Notes under the pieces: generated by a model
Database searches by the model: none
Told to the model about the DNA's origin: nothing
The model's input: the letters and a program-made list of their open reading frames with translations, nothing else
Shown here: one piece after another, positions 18,548-28,976 of the stretch
Numbering within the stretch: position 1 is the stretch's first letter
Layout of the letters: each line of letters opens with the position of its first letter
Assembly: GCA_965277715.1 (NCBI GenBank)
Contig: OZ255836.1
Span: 2,976,001 to 3,040,000, forward strand
Direction: 5' to 3'
Length of the DNA: 64,000 bases
DNA from: Gammaproteobacteria bacterium
Lineage (GTDB): Bacteria; Pseudomonadota; Gammaproteobacteria; JBCCGL01
Made by a program: the position numbers and the translations under genes

Positions 18548-19396
18548 ATGTTAACCACGCTCGCCAGCGTTACACAGCTTCACGCCCTATCCACTAATCA
18601 CTGCATCGTCGACTGCCGGTTTTCCCTGATGGAACCGACACTTGGCGCGCAACAATATGCACACTCGCATATTCCCGGCGCCCACTACGCCCACCTCGAC
18701 GATGACCTGTCTGGCGAAATCGTATTCGCCCGTTCTGGTCGCCACCCACTGCCGGGCCGGGACGACCTGACCAAAACCCTGCGTAGCTGGGGAATTGGCA
18801 AGCGCACCCAGGTCATTTGCTACGACGATGCCGGCGGCCCCTTTGCCGCAAGGCTCTGGTGGTTATTGCGCTGGATGGGCCACGAGGCAGCCGCTGTACT
18901 CGACGGCGGACTCAACGCCTGGCGCGAAGCCGGGCTACCACTCAGCGACGAAGTGCCCTCGTCCAGACCCGGTAAATTTACCCCTGGGGAGCCTGCCACT
19001 ACAGTAGTCAGCGCACAGGATATTCTCACAAACCCCCACTGGCAATTAATCGATGCACGCGAAGGCGCCCGCTACCGGGGGGAGGCCGAGCCAATCGACC
19101 CCGTTGCCGGGCGCATCCCCGGCGCGCTGAACATCCCCTTTCAGCGCAACCTTGACGAACGTGGAAAATTCAAACCTGCCAGCGACTTATCGGCGCTTTA
19201 CCAACACTATATTGGCGACAACAGCACCGACAATATAGTGTGCTATTGCGGCTCAGGTGTCACCGCAGCCCACAACGCACTGGCAATGACACACGCTGGC
19301 CTCGGCACACCCGGCATCTATGCCGGATCCTGGAGTGAATGGATTACCGACCCTGAAAGGCCAATTGAACGCGGCCTGGGATCCGCTACTGGATAA
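18548..19396 (+). CDS. Two-domain sulfurtransferase (rhodanese, SseA-like)
   Basis: HIPGA, GRHPLP, AARLWW, active-site CGSGVTA, YAGSWSEW. Confidence 0.92.
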   Translation: MLTTLASVTQLHALSTNHCIVDCRFSLMEPTLGAQQYAHSHIPGAHYAHLDDDLSGEIVFARSGRHPLPGRDDLTKTLRSWGIGKRTQVICYDDAGGPFAARLWWLLRWMGHEAAAVLDGGLNAWREAGLPLSDEVPSSRPGKFTPGEPATTVVSAQDILTNPHWQLIDAREGARYRGEAEPIDPVAGRIPGALNIPFQRNLDERGKFKPASDLSALYQHYIGDNSTDNIVCYCGSGVTAAHNALAMTHAGLGTPGIYAGSWSEWITDPERPIERGLGSATG

Positions 19397-19489
19397 ACAG
19401 GCAATACATCAAGGCACAATCAGCAATCAGCGTCGGTCTACGTTACACAGAAACAATTGGCGCACGCCGGTCTTGGTTAGCACGGCATA

Positions 19490-20053
19490 CTAATAGCGCA
19501 CAATATCCATAACCTGCCCCGGCCGACTATGGATATCCGCACGATGTATTCGCATCACCCCATTCCTCTTATCTTCAAAATAGCGCTGCAACGACTCAAC
19601 CACCACCGGAAACGCCAGATCATCCCAGGGAATCTCACTTTCCTGATAAAGCCCGACCGCCAGTGACTCACTCCCCACTGACGACTCACCACCACGCAAG
19701 GTACCGTGGTACATAACATAAACCTGACTAATCTCCGGCAGACTATACAGCGCAAACAACTGCAAATTATCACAGTGTGCATTCGCCTCCTCGACAGCTT
19801 CACGAGCCGCACCGTCTGCCATCGTTTCCCTATTTTCCATAAACCCGGCGGGCAGTGTCCACCAGCCATAACGCGGCTCAATAGCCCGCTTACACAACAG
19901 AATCTTACCCTGCCACTCCAATATGCAGCCGCACACATTCTTAGGATTTGAATAAAACACCTCATCACAGGCGGTACACACATCGCGCTCGCGATTATCC
20001 CCCTCGGGCACTTTACGAATTACCGCTGCACCGCACTGCGAACAATAATTCAT
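19490..20053 (-). CDS. NUDIX hydrolase with N-terminal Zn ribbon
   Basis: YCSQCG..CTAC and Nudix box LPAGFMENRE...AAREAVEE. Confidence 0.9.
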   Translation of the reverse strand: MNYCSQCGAAVIRKVPEGDNRERDVCTACDEVFYSNPKNVCGCILEWQGKILLCKRAIEPRYGWWTLPAGFMENRETMADGAAREAVEEANAHCDNLQLFALYSLPEISQVYVMYHGTLRGGESSVGSESLAVGLYQESEIPWDDLAFPVVVESLQRYFEDKRNGVMRIHRADIHSRPGQVMDIVRY

Positions 20054-21238
20054 TTACTCAGCTTCCAGCACGGCAGGTAGCGCACGCTGCAGGGCCATCT
20101 TCTCAATCACCATCGAACCGGTAAGTGCAAACCCTAACAATTCACCTGTCACACCCTCAAAACGGCTTTTAACGCCGACTTCCGCACCACCTTCAGCTAT
20201 TTCACTGCGCCACTCCCCAGCACCAAAATCGGCGGGTGGGGAAACCACAATAGGATAAGAGGGTGTCTTCACCGCTACCGGCATAGCGGGAAAAACCACT
20301 TTACCCGGCTCACCCTGCAGGGTTTTTGCCAGCACTTTCGAGGCCAGCATAATCGGCATAACATAAGGCATCACCAAGCCACAAATTTCGGCACAGTCAC
20401 CCAGTGCATAGACATTATCAGCACTGGTTTGCAGGTATTGATCGGTCACAATACCGCGCTGTGTATCAATGCCCGCCGAGCGGGCAAGCGCCGTATTAGG
20501 CACCAGCCCGGCGGCAGATAACACCAGATCGGCATCCAGCGTTGTACCACTGTCCAGGGTTAACCTAAGCACACCCTCACCGTGATTGACCTCAGCAACT
20601 GTATTGCCAAGCACCCACTCAACACCTTGCTTTGACAGCACCACCTTGAGTGCTTCACCCGCACACTGTGGCATCAGCCGCTCCAGCGGCCAGCGGTCTG
20701 GCCCGATCACCGTGACCCGCTTACCAATATTCGACAAATCATTGGCAAACTCACAACCGATCAAACCTGGGCCAATCAATGCAACGCGTGACGCCGTTTC
20801 CAGCTGCTGGCGAAACACTGCGTAATCGGCCAAATCGTTCACACTGATAATCTCAGCTACTCCATCCCCTCGAATCGGCAGGCAGACCTGACTGGCCCCT
20901 GTAGCCAACACCAGCGATGAATAAGACAATGTTTCTGTACCTTCATCACGCTGAATATCCACTTGCCGGGAAACCGTATCAATCGCCAATACGGTGGCAT
21001 TATTCAACACATTCAGCAGCAACGATTCAGCCATCTGTGCAGCATTTTGTGTGGCCAGTTGATCGGCTGTCTTTTGCTTACTCAAGCCATTGGAAAGCAT
21101 CGGCTTTGAATAGAACCGGCCATCATCACGGGAAATAATTGCAATAGGCGTTTGTTTATCTTTTTTGCGCAACTCTTTCGCCAAGGTGTACCCTGCCAGA
21201 CCGCTGCCGATAATAATAATGGGTTCCAATACTGTCAC
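20054..21238 (-). CDS. FAD-dependent oxidoreductase, rubredoxin--NAD(+) reductase-like
   Basis: IIGSGLAG, YSKPMLSNG, GPGLIGCEFAND, YALGDCA, PVAVKTP. Confidence 0.85.
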   Translation of the reverse strand: MTVLEPIIIIGSGLAGYTLAKELRKKDKQTPIAIISRDDGRFYSKPMLSNGLSKQKTADQLATQNAAQMAESLLLNVLNNATVLAIDTVSRQVDIQRDEGTETLSYSSLVLATGASQVCLPIRGDGVAEIISVNDLADYAVFRQQLETASRVALIGPGLIGCEFANDLSNIGKRVTVIGPDRWPLERLMPQCAGEALKVVLSKQGVEWVLGNTVAEVNHGEGVLRLTLDSGTTLDADLVLSAAGLVPNTALARSAGIDTQRGIVTDQYLQTSADNVYALGDCAEICGLVMPYVMPIMLASKVLAKTLQGEPGKVVFPAMPVAVKTPSYPIVVSPPADFGAGEWRSEIAEGGAEVGVKSRFEGVTGELLGFALTGSMVIEKMALQRALPAVLEAE

Positions 21239-21653
21239 TCTGTGGTTTTACCAAGACGCGAAAGATAGCCTTGCAGCTCACATTTGTCTATGCCTGAACA
21301 CCAGTACACCGTCTACCTTATATTGTCGGGTTCAGCGTTGTTTTTGCTCACCATAGCACCACAATGATTGCGCAAAAACGCCTTGCTCTGCATCGATATA
21401 TGACTGCCAGATGGATTCATGCGGGTAGGTATCGACTCGCCACAGCCCGCTTAAACACACGATATGACAAAAAAGTAATTCTGGCCCAAAACCAAAAAAA
21501 TATTTTTTTATGATAAAAATCAATAGGTTATATGTTTTCAACCCGCTCTATCGAATATTGCAAAAGTTAAATTGACTGGAACTATTGCGTATTTATGCCT
21601 ACTTATCTACATATGTAGTTAAAGATAGCTGGGTAAATGCCTGTTTACTTTGC

Positions 21654-21701
21654 CGAGACCCCATGTATTGACTTGTGTGCAAGTCAATACATGGGGTCTA
21701 G
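21654..21701. repeat. ~48-bp palindromic intergenic repeat, copy 2 (near-perfect hairpin)
   Basis: CGAGACCCCATGTATTGACTTGTGTGCAAGTCAATACATGGGGTCTAG. Confidence 0.88.
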
Positions 21702-21765
21702 CGCATCAACCCATATATCAAACCTGGCTGGCAGCCATTTATATAACAACCGAGGGATAGCGTAA

Positions 21766-23208
21766 ATGAACGACCAAGACCCACTATCAACCAAACCTGC
21801 AACCCATCGGCAACAACGGGATAGCGACGAGGTACATCGGCTGCATGCAATGCTTGAGGCATTGCCTGTTTCAACAGAGCTATGCACACTGGAAGACGGC
21901 CGTATCGTCTTTGCCAATCCATCAGTGCTACAAAATTTTCTCACAACCCTGACCGGTATAAGCGAGAGCGAAGAAAAATACCGGCGAATATTTGAACTGC
22001 AATCAGATGCTGTATTTATTATGGAGGGGGAATCGCTGGCTATCATCGATTGCAATCAAGCGGCGATGACAATGTATGGCTATACCCAGGAGGCTTTCCT
22101 GTTATTGCGCCAGCGCGATTTATCCGCTGAACCAGAGGACAGCGCGGCGTTTATTTTCAACCTTCAAGACACTGACCGCAGTCAACACTTCGAACGCCAG
22201 CACAAGCGATCTGACGGAACCGTTTTCCCTGTAGAGGGCACCACCGCCTGCTTCACCGTTGCCGGGAAGAAAATCTTTTGCTCGATTGTGCGCGATGTCA
22301 GTTTACGCAAACGCTTTGAACAAGCATTGCAGGAAAGCAGTACACGCTTTCACGCCATTGCCGAGGCATCCCCACTGCCATTGGTGATCAGTCGACTGAG
22401 CGATGGTTGTATCGTCTACGCCAACGATAAAGCGGAGAGCGAGCTGTTGCTTTCAAAAGCATCCATTACCGGTGCCAATATCAAAGAAATATTCCGCAAC
22501 GAAAATCAACACAATCAGATTATTGAAGCTATGCGCAAACATACGCGGGTCAGCGATATCGAGGTCTCATTTCGTGACCGCAACAAGAAAAAGCGCTGGC
22601 TCTCAGCCACTGCCAGCCTGATCACATTCCTGGGCGAGGAGTGTGTTGCCACCGGGTTTATCGATGTTACCGAATCGCACCAAATGGCCAAACAACTGAA
22701 GTATCAGGCCAGCCATGACTCATTGACCGGGTTGGTCAACCGCCGTGAATTTGAAGCCCGGCTAAAGCGCACGCTAATCAGTGCAAAACGCAATAAAACA
22801 CACCATGTGCTGTGTTATCTCGACCTCGATAAATTCAAACAGGTTAACGATGCAGCGGGGCATGAAGCGGGGGATGCACTGTTAAAGTCTCTATCGAACC
22901 GATTGCGCCAATCACTCAGGCACCGCGATACACTGGCACGCCTCGGTGGTGACGAATTTGCAGTGATTGTCGAACACTGTTCACTGGAAGAAGCGCTTAT
23001 CGTTTCCAGTAATTTGCGCAAGGCCATCCAATCAGTTGCATTTTCGTGGCATGGGCAAGATTTTGAAATAGGTGTAAGTATTGGGCTGGTTACAATCGAT
23101 TCATCCAGCGGCAATGCATCCTCTGTGCTGAAAGCCGCAGACCGGGCCTGTTATGCAGCTAAAAATACCGGTAGAAATCGCATACACACGTTTGACCCAC
23201 ACACTTAA
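21766..23208 (+). CDS. PAS-PAS-GGDEF diguanylate cyclase
   Basis: Two PAS/PAC segments, ASHDSLTGL, DLDKFK.VND..GH..GD, RHRD I-site, GGDEF. Confidence 0.92.
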   Translation: MNDQDPLSTKPATHRQQRDSDEVHRLHAMLEALPVSTELCTLEDGRIVFANPSVLQNFLTTLTGISESEEKYRRIFELQSDAVFIMEGESLAIIDCNQAAMTMYGYTQEAFLLLRQRDLSAEPEDSAAFIFNLQDTDRSQHFERQHKRSDGTVFPVEGTTACFTVAGKKIFCSIVRDVSLRKRFEQALQESSTRFHAIAEASPLPLVISRLSDGCIVYANDKAESELLLSKASITGANIKEIFRNENQHNQIIEAMRKHTRVSDIEVSFRDRNKKKRWLSATASLITFLGEECVATGFIDVTESHQMAKQLKYQASHDSLTGLVNRREFEARLKRTLISAKRNKTHHVLCYLDLDKFKQVNDAAGHEAGDALLKSLSNRLRQSLRHRDTLARLGGDEFAVIVEHCSLEEALIVSSNLRKAIQSVAFSWHGQDFEIGVSIGLVTIDSSSGNASSVLKAADRACYAAKNTGRNRIHTFDPHT

Positions 23209-23307
23209 TGCACCTCAACATATTGCACGCTATTGGCGTGGATTACTGTCAAGGGTTTGCACTGAACCGCCCTGTACCTATTGGCGCCTAAGTAGATAAA
23301 TAAACAC

Positions 23308-23336
23308 AAAAAAAACGCACTCCAGGGAGTGCGTTT
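23308..23336 (-). terminator. Rho-independent terminator of the cold-shock gene
   Basis: AAACGCACTC-CCTG-GAGTGCGTTT hairpin followed by a T-run on the minus strand. Confidence 0.75.
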
Positions 23337-23374
23337 CGACTCTATCAGGATTACCTCAACGCGTTATACCCTGG

Positions 23375-23587
23375 TCACTCGACGGGGGTAACATCCTCGG
23401 CCTGCAAACCCTTCTGTCCCTGTGTAACGGAAAACTCAACGTGTTGGCCTTCATTAAGTGAGCGATACCCATCGCCTTGAATAGCGCGAAAATGTACAAA
23501 AACATCCTCGCCTTCAGCGCGCTGGATAAACCCAAAGCCTTTAGAATTGTCGAACCATTTAACGGTTCCAGTTTCGCGTTCTGACAT
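23375..23587 (-). CDS. Cold-shock protein (CspA family)
   Basis: GTVKWF, RNP1 KGFGFI and RNP2 DVFVHF; 70 aa. Confidence 0.96.
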   Translation of the reverse strand: MSERETGTVKWFDNSKGFGFIQRAEGEDVFVHFRAIQGDGYRSLNEGQHVEFSVTQGQKGLQAEDVTPVE

Positions 23588-23999
23588 CTTATTTGCCCCT
23601 CTACTCCTCGTTATATTTTATGTACATGCGTGCATAACCATACACACCGTAGCATTATCTACCAAATGACCTCAAAACGGAAAAAATAACGCGCCCGTTA
23701 TTCTGGCTAAAGCCACTTTTGAATCGAATTCACGCTGCCTTATCACCCAATAACTCCAGAAAACCACCCTATCATCACTTCCACGGTTGTGCGTATAGCC
23801 CCTCTTTTTCCACCCGCTCATATTGTGTTCCCTACTCGGCAATACGCCCCTGACCGGTAACCACCAACCGATCCAGTGCCGCAATAGTCAATACACGGTG
23901 GGCGGCGGGCGATGGTCATCACTATCACTGTAAAGCAAACATCACCCGACGAGGCATTCTGTTCGTCGAGGGGTATTTAATACGCAACCTTGTGATTAG

Positions 24000-25157
24000 T
24001 TACTCACTCAATCGCTCCAACAGCGCCGACAACATAGCATCACACTGCGCAAGTTGATTCAACGCAACATATTCATCCGCCCGGTGTGCCTGCAATATGC
24101 TGCCGGGACCACAGACCACGGCGGGTACACCGAGGCGATCACTGAATAACCCCCCTTCAGTACCAAAACTGACTTTGCCGTGTGATTGGTCACTGAGCAG
24201 GCTTTTTACAAAGCCAACAATGTCAGCATCTGGCGCGGTAAATAGCCCGGGGTATTGGGTTTTTTCGGTGAGTTCGATGCTGGCATCCGCAAATACGCTA
24301 CGCATTTCCGGTAGTAAAGTTTGTTCGATAAAGCGTTTGATTTGGTCGATGAGTGCCTGCGGGTTTTGCTGTGGCAAATGGCGAATTTCAAAGTCGAAGC
24401 GGCAGTGGGCGGGCACGATATTAGCCGCCGTACCACCAGCGATAGTGCCAACATTGAGTGTGGTATAAGGCACGCGGTAATCGTGTTCAAACGGGCCATC
24501 GCTGATGATTGTTTGTTGCAGTTGGTGGATGCAGTGGATTATTCGTGCCGCGTAGATCACGGCATTGACGCCTTCGGTGGTGTACGCAGAGTGTGCGTTG
24601 CGGCCCTTGACGGCAACATCAAAGGCACATTTACCCTTGTGGCCGATCACAACCTGCATTGAAGTCGGCTCGCCGATAATCGCCATAGCGGGCCTGATGG
24701 GCTGATGGGCCAGCATATCGATCAGCGTGCGCACACCGATACAGCCGATTTCTTCATCGTAGGAAAAAGCCAGATGGATGGGAGTGTGCAGGTTCCGCGA
24801 GGCCATCTCCGGCACGGCGGCGAGCACGCAGGCGATAAAGCCTTTCATATCGGCTGAGCCACGTGCGTATAAGCGATCATCTTTTTCGGTCAATTGAAAA
24901 GGATCACTCGACCAGCTTTGCCCGTCGACGGGCACCACATCAGTATGCCCGGATAACATCACTCCCGGCTTATCCTGCGGGCCTATAGTGGCGTATAGAT
25001 TCGCTTTTTCACCGCTGGCGTCATGCACCCGTTGACTATTGATGCCGTACTCGCTCAGATAGCTTTGCAGATAGTCGATCAGCGCCAGATTGGAATTGCG
25101 GCTAGTCGTGTCAAAAGCCACCAGCGTTTGCAGAATATCGTGGGTTTTATTATTCAT
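24000..25157 (-). CDS. argE: Acetylornithine deacetylase (M20 family)
   Basis: SGHTDVVP, RGSADMKGF, YDEEIGC, GEPT, HKGK, AHRADEY. Confidence 0.88.
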   Translation of the reverse strand: MNNKTHDILQTLVAFDTTSRNSNLALIDYLQSYLSEYGINSQRVHDASGEKANLYATIGPQDKPGVMLSGHTDVVPVDGQSWSSDPFQLTEKDDRLYARGSADMKGFIACVLAAVPEMASRNLHTPIHLAFSYDEEIGCIGVRTLIDMLAHQPIRPAMAIIGEPTSMQVVIGHKGKCAFDVAVKGRNAHSAYTTEGVNAVIYAARIIHCIHQLQQTIISDGPFEHDYRVPYTTLNVGTIAGGTAANIVPAHCRFDFEIRHLPQQNPQALIDQIKRFIEQTLLPEMRSVFADASIELTEKTQYPGLFTAPDADIVGFVKSLLSDQSHGKVSFGTEGGLFSDRLGVPAVVCGPGSILQAHRADEYVALNQLAQCDAMLSALLERLSE

Positions 25158-25210
25158 AATGAGTTCAGCGTTGCGTTGTTTTTACTCATCCGCAGAAACA
25201 AAAATCAAAC

Positions 25211-25256
25211 CTGGGCCCCGTGTATTAACATGTACACAAGTAAATACATGGGGTAG
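25211..25256. repeat. Palindromic intergenic repeat, copy 3 (degenerate)
   Basis: CTGGGCCCCGTGTATTAACATGTACACAAGTAAATACATGGGGTAG. Confidence 0.75.
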
Positions 25257-25258
25257 CG

Positions 25259-26290
25259 TTATGCCCCCTCGAAACCACTAAGCACATTAACAGCATTAAC
25301 ACCAATTTCCTCAACGGCATAACCGCCTTCCATAATAAACAGTGTAGGCCGTTTAAGCGTCGCAATACGCGCACCATAGTCGCTAAAATCATCACTTTTG
25401 AGCTTAAAAAATGAGATAGGATCGTTTTCAAACGTATCGACACCCAATGAAATAATCAGGGCATCCGGCGAATAACCGGCGATTTTTTTGATGGCATCGT
25501 CGAGCGCCGCTGACCAGCGGGCGTAATCAGTATTGGGGGGGAGTGGGTAATTGATATTGTAGCCTTCAGCACCACTGCCCCCACGCTCGTCGGCGTAGCC
25601 CAGAAAGTGCGGAAAGGCATCGAGTGGATCACCGTGCAGCGAGACAAACAAAACATCGGGGCGGTCATAAAAAATCGCCTGGGTGCCGTTGCCGTGATGG
25701 AAGTCAACATCGAGCACCGCCACGCGTTTGGCCCCCTGATCAATAAAGGTTTGCGCGCAGACAGCGGCGTTGTTAATAAAACAGTAACCACCGTAGGCAT
25801 CGCGTGAGGCGTGGTGCCCCGGTGGTCGACACAGGGCAAACGCCGAGCTGGCACCGCTAGCGATTTGCGCCTGCGCGGTTAAGGCAACATTGGCACTGGC
25901 TTTTGCCGCCTCCCAGGTGCCATCAGAAATCGAGGTCTCGGTCGCCAGGCAGTAGTAACCCATTTTGCCTTCGATGTGCTTGGGTACACGGGTGCCCGGC
26001 ATTGAACGGCTCGGTGATACCGTGGGGATGGCCTCGCCATTCATGCCCAACGCTTTCCACTCACTCCAGCAGCTTTGTAAAAAGTCGATAAACTCTGGAT
26101 CGTGTACCCGGCAGATTTGTGACAGGCCAAATTCATCGGGGGCATCGACAGCACCCAGACCGACTTCTTTTACCCGTGCAAGCACGTATTCTGCACGCAC
26201 CGGACACTCGAATGGCGGGACAAACTCACCACCGTAGAGCTCTGTTTTGGCGGCGCGAAGGGCGTGTTTTTCTGTGTAAACCGTGCGCAT
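25259..26290 (-). CDS. Histone-deacetylase family, acetylpolyamine amidohydrolase-like
   Basis: PFECPVRA, CRPPGHHA, GGYCFINNAA, LDVDFHHGNGTQ, SLGVD, EGGY. Confidence 0.92.
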   Translation of the reverse strand: MRTVYTEKHALRAAKTELYGGEFVPPFECPVRAEYVLARVKEVGLGAVDAPDEFGLSQICRVHDPEFIDFLQSCWSEWKALGMNGEAIPTVSPSRSMPGTRVPKHIEGKMGYYCLATETSISDGTWEAAKASANVALTAQAQIASGASSAFALCRPPGHHASRDAYGGYCFINNAAVCAQTFIDQGAKRVAVLDVDFHHGNGTQAIFYDRPDVLFVSLHGDPLDAFPHFLGYADERGGSGAEGYNINYPLPPNTDYARWSAALDDAIKKIAGYSPDALIISLGVDTFENDPISFFKLKSDDFSDYGARIATLKRPTLFIMEGGYAVEEIGVNAVNVLSGFEGA

Positions 26291-26330
26291 TTATTCCTCC
26301 ACTGTGTAGTAGTCAACGGCAGTTTTTAGG

Positions 26331-27479
26331 TCAGTGCATCCAGCGGGCAAAGAAGTCTTGCGTGTGTTGAATGAATGACTGTAGTGCGGTACTTATTGTC
26401 AGGTCACGCCGGTGTATCAGTGCCATACGGGCGGGTGTGACCGGCTCGACAATTGGCCGGGTCACTACCGCAGAGCCGTCATAGGTCATCGCGTTTGCCG
26501 GTTTAGAGACCAGGATGCTGTAACCCAAACCGTTGCCGACCATACCGCGCACCATTTCAAACGAGGGCGAGCGAAAGGCAATGTTTGGCGATAAGCCCAG
26601 CTCCGAAAACAGCGAGGTGAAGTAATCTCTGCTCGGTGAAATATCCAGCAGTACCATAGGCTCATCAGCCAGTTCGTGCAGGGATATCTGCGCTTTTTGC
26701 GCCAGCGGGTGGGCGGCGGGTAGCAGCACCAGTGCAGCGACTTCGGCGAGCAGGGTGGAGGTGAATTCATCACCCAGCAGGTAATCGTAGCCGAGTGCAA
26801 TATCAAACTGGCGCTCTTTCAAACCTTTGAGCAGGCGGTCTTGGGTGCCTTCATGCAGGTCAAATGTCGCCTGGTGGGTTTTCAGGTAGCTAGTGATGAG
26901 CTGCGGCATAAAAAATGGCCCCAGGGTCACAAAGCAGCCGAGTTTTAGTGCATTGCTCTCTGCGCTTTGGCCGCGCAGATCCACGAAGTCATCGATCTGT
27001 ACCGCCCGGCCATAGGCGCGGTTGGCGTAAACCAGCGCCCGGCCTTCCTCCTGGTAGCGAATATCTTCAACGGTAGCGATAAAAATAAAGTGCGAGCCAA
27101 ATTGTGAGAACTGCTCAACGCGGCAATCAAAATTGGCCAGGGCATCGGCCAGGGCCGGGGCGGCGGTTTTACAGGTGATCCATTCGGCACAGGAGAAGGG
27201 GTCGCCTTCTGTCGGGGCCGGGCGGCGACCGGCAAAGGTGTCTGAGACGTAGGATTGGTCATCGCGCAGTATATTCACACACAGTACACCGTTCTTTTGC
27301 AGGGCATCGCAGGCTTTGCTCTGGTGGTGAACGCAAACCAATAGCGAAGGCGGGTCCGCAGAGACCGAGCACATGGCACTGACTGTTACACCCATGCGCC
27401 CGTGTTCGCCGTCAGTAGTAATCACCGAAACGGTCGAAGCCGCGTGGCTCATGCCCTGTAAAAAACTATCACGCATCAT
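26331..27479 (-). CDS. Fusion: flavin reductase-like domain + LysR-type effector-binding domain (no HTH)
   Basis: N-terminal VSVITT..GVTVSAMCSVSADPPSLLVCV..GSHFIFI (HpaC/RutF-like); C-terminal LKLGCF..HPLA..EPMVLLD..SFEMVRGMVGNGLGYSIL (LysR_substrate). Confidence 0.85.
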   Translation of the reverse strand: MMRDSFLQGMSHAASTVSVITTDGEHGRMGVTVSAMCSVSADPPSLLVCVHHQSKACDALQKNGVLCVNILRDDQSYVSDTFAGRRPAPTEGDPFSCAEWITCKTAAPALADALANFDCRVEQFSQFGSHFIFIATVEDIRYQEEGRALVYANRAYGRAVQIDDFVDLRGQSAESNALKLGCFVTLGPFFMPQLITSYLKTHQATFDLHEGTQDRLLKGLKERQFDIALGYDYLLGDEFTSTLLAEVAALVLLPAAHPLAQKAQISLHELADEPMVLLDISPSRDYFTSLFSELGLSPNIAFRSPSFEMVRGMVGNGLGYSILVSKPANAMTYDGSAVVTRPIVEPVTPARMALIHRRDLTISTALQSFIQHTQDFFARWMH

Positions 27480-27519
27480 AAGGTTAAACCCTTTAATCTA
27501 TACCCTTGTAGCGTAAAAA

Positions 27520-28926
27520 TCAGCCATTCCAGACACCTTCGTTGCGCATATCGTCCATCACCTCTTCGATGCCACTGCGCAAGGTGCTGACCAGTGTATC
27601 AATTTGCGCCGTCGTCATGACCAGCGGCGGTGAGAGTACATTGAGGTGTGCGATGGGGCGCACTAATACGCCGCGCTTTTCACAGGCATCAGCGATGCGG
27701 TTGCCGACATTAACCGATGGGTCGATTAGCGTCTTGGTGGTTTTGTCCGCGACATTTTCCACGCACATCATAAAGTGGCTACCGCGCACATCACCGACAA
27801 TGGGCAGATCACTCAGCGTGGCGAGCTGCTGTTCGAGGTACGGCCCGACTTTGCGCACATGACCGCAGATGTCTTCACGCTGCATAATGTCGATATTTTT
27901 CAGGCTCGCCGCACAGCACACCGGGTGACCGGAATAGGTAAAGCCGTGGGTGAACATAGCGCCCTCGGCCTGGGGCACACTGATAACATCGTAAAACGCA
28001 TCGGCTAACAGGTTGGCGGACAGCGGCGCATAAGCAGAGGTGAGCCCCTTGGCACAGCTGATAATATCCGGCTGGATGCCAAATACGTCTTCAGAGGCAA
28101 AGAAGTGGCCGAGCCGACCAAAGGCGGTGACGACTTCATCGGCGACATAGATAACGTCGTATTTTTTGCACAGGTCGAAGGTGCGTTTGTTATAGCCCTC
28201 GGGGGGTACTATCACCCCGCCAGCACCCATAATCGGTTCGGCAAAGAAAGCGGCAACATTTTCAGGGCCGAGGTCGAGTATTTTATTTTCCAGTTCATCG
28301 ACCAGGTGGTCACAAAAAGCGGCTTCTGACATGCCCTCTGGTCGGCGGTATACATTGGGTGAGGAGACGCGGTGCACCATATCCTCACCGACCAGATCAA
28401 ATCCCTGGTGGTCAAATGCCACGCCGGTCAATGACATAGCCATATAGGTGCTGCCGTGGTAGCCATCGTGGCGGGTGATGATTTTCTTTTTGGTTTTTTT
28501 GCCGAGGCGGTTGAAGTAAAAGTGAATCATGCGTACAGCGGTGTCGTTGGCCATAGAGCCACCGGTACCGAAGAATACATGGTTCATATGGCTGGGAGCC
28601 AGGCTGGCGAGTTTGGCCGCCAGCTCCGCCGCCGGAATCGATGTATGGTGCCCAAACGAGGAGTAGTACACCATCTTTTTTGCCTGCGCGGCCATCGCAT
28701 CGGCAATTTCATCGCGGCCATAACCGACGTTTACGCACCACAGGCCGGCAATGCCGTCGAGGTAGCGGTTGCCGTCTGAGTCGACGACATAACACCCTTC
28801 TGCCTCGGCAACCACTAGTGAACCGTGCTCTTTAAACGAGGCAAAATCCGTCCAGGGGTGCATGTAATGGTCTTTGTCCTTTTGCCAGATATCGCGGGTA
28901 TCGTAATGCGTTGGTGCTGTCGTCAT
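27520..28926 (-). CDS. Class III PLP aminotransferase (omega-amine transaminase-like)
   Basis: YLDGIAGLWCVNVGYGR, YHGST, AEPIMGAGG, ADEVVTAFGRLG, PLP-binding Lys in SCAKGLTS, HGFTYSGHP. Confidence 0.93.
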   Translation of the reverse strand: MTTAPTHYDTRDIWQKDKDHYMHPWTDFASFKEHGSLVVAEAEGCYVVDSDGNRYLDGIAGLWCVNVGYGRDEIADAMAAQAKKMVYYSSFGHHTSIPAAELAAKLASLAPSHMNHVFFGTGGSMANDTAVRMIHFYFNRLGKKTKKKIITRHDGYHGSTYMAMSLTGVAFDHQGFDLVGEDMVHRVSSPNVYRRPEGMSEAAFCDHLVDELENKILDLGPENVAAFFAEPIMGAGGVIVPPEGYNKRTFDLCKKYDVIYVADEVVTAFGRLGHFFASEDVFGIQPDIISCAKGLTSAYAPLSANLLADAFYDVISVPQAEGAMFTHGFTYSGHPVCCAASLKNIDIMQREDICGHVRKVGPYLEQQLATLSDLPIVGDVRGSHFMMCVENVADKTTKTLIDPSVNVGNRIADACEKRGVLVRPIAHLNVLSPPLVMTTAQIDTLVSTLRSGIEEVMDDMRNEGVWNG

Positions 28927-28976
28927 GCTGCCTCCAGTGAAGGATGTTATTTTAGTTGAGTGGATTTGATGTGGGT

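Noticed and set aside
21240-21650. Expected rubredoxin gene or small ORF upstream of the rubredoxin reductase-like gene
   Set aside because: No CxxC...CPxC ORF was found; the 63-69 aa ORFs there have no recognisable features.
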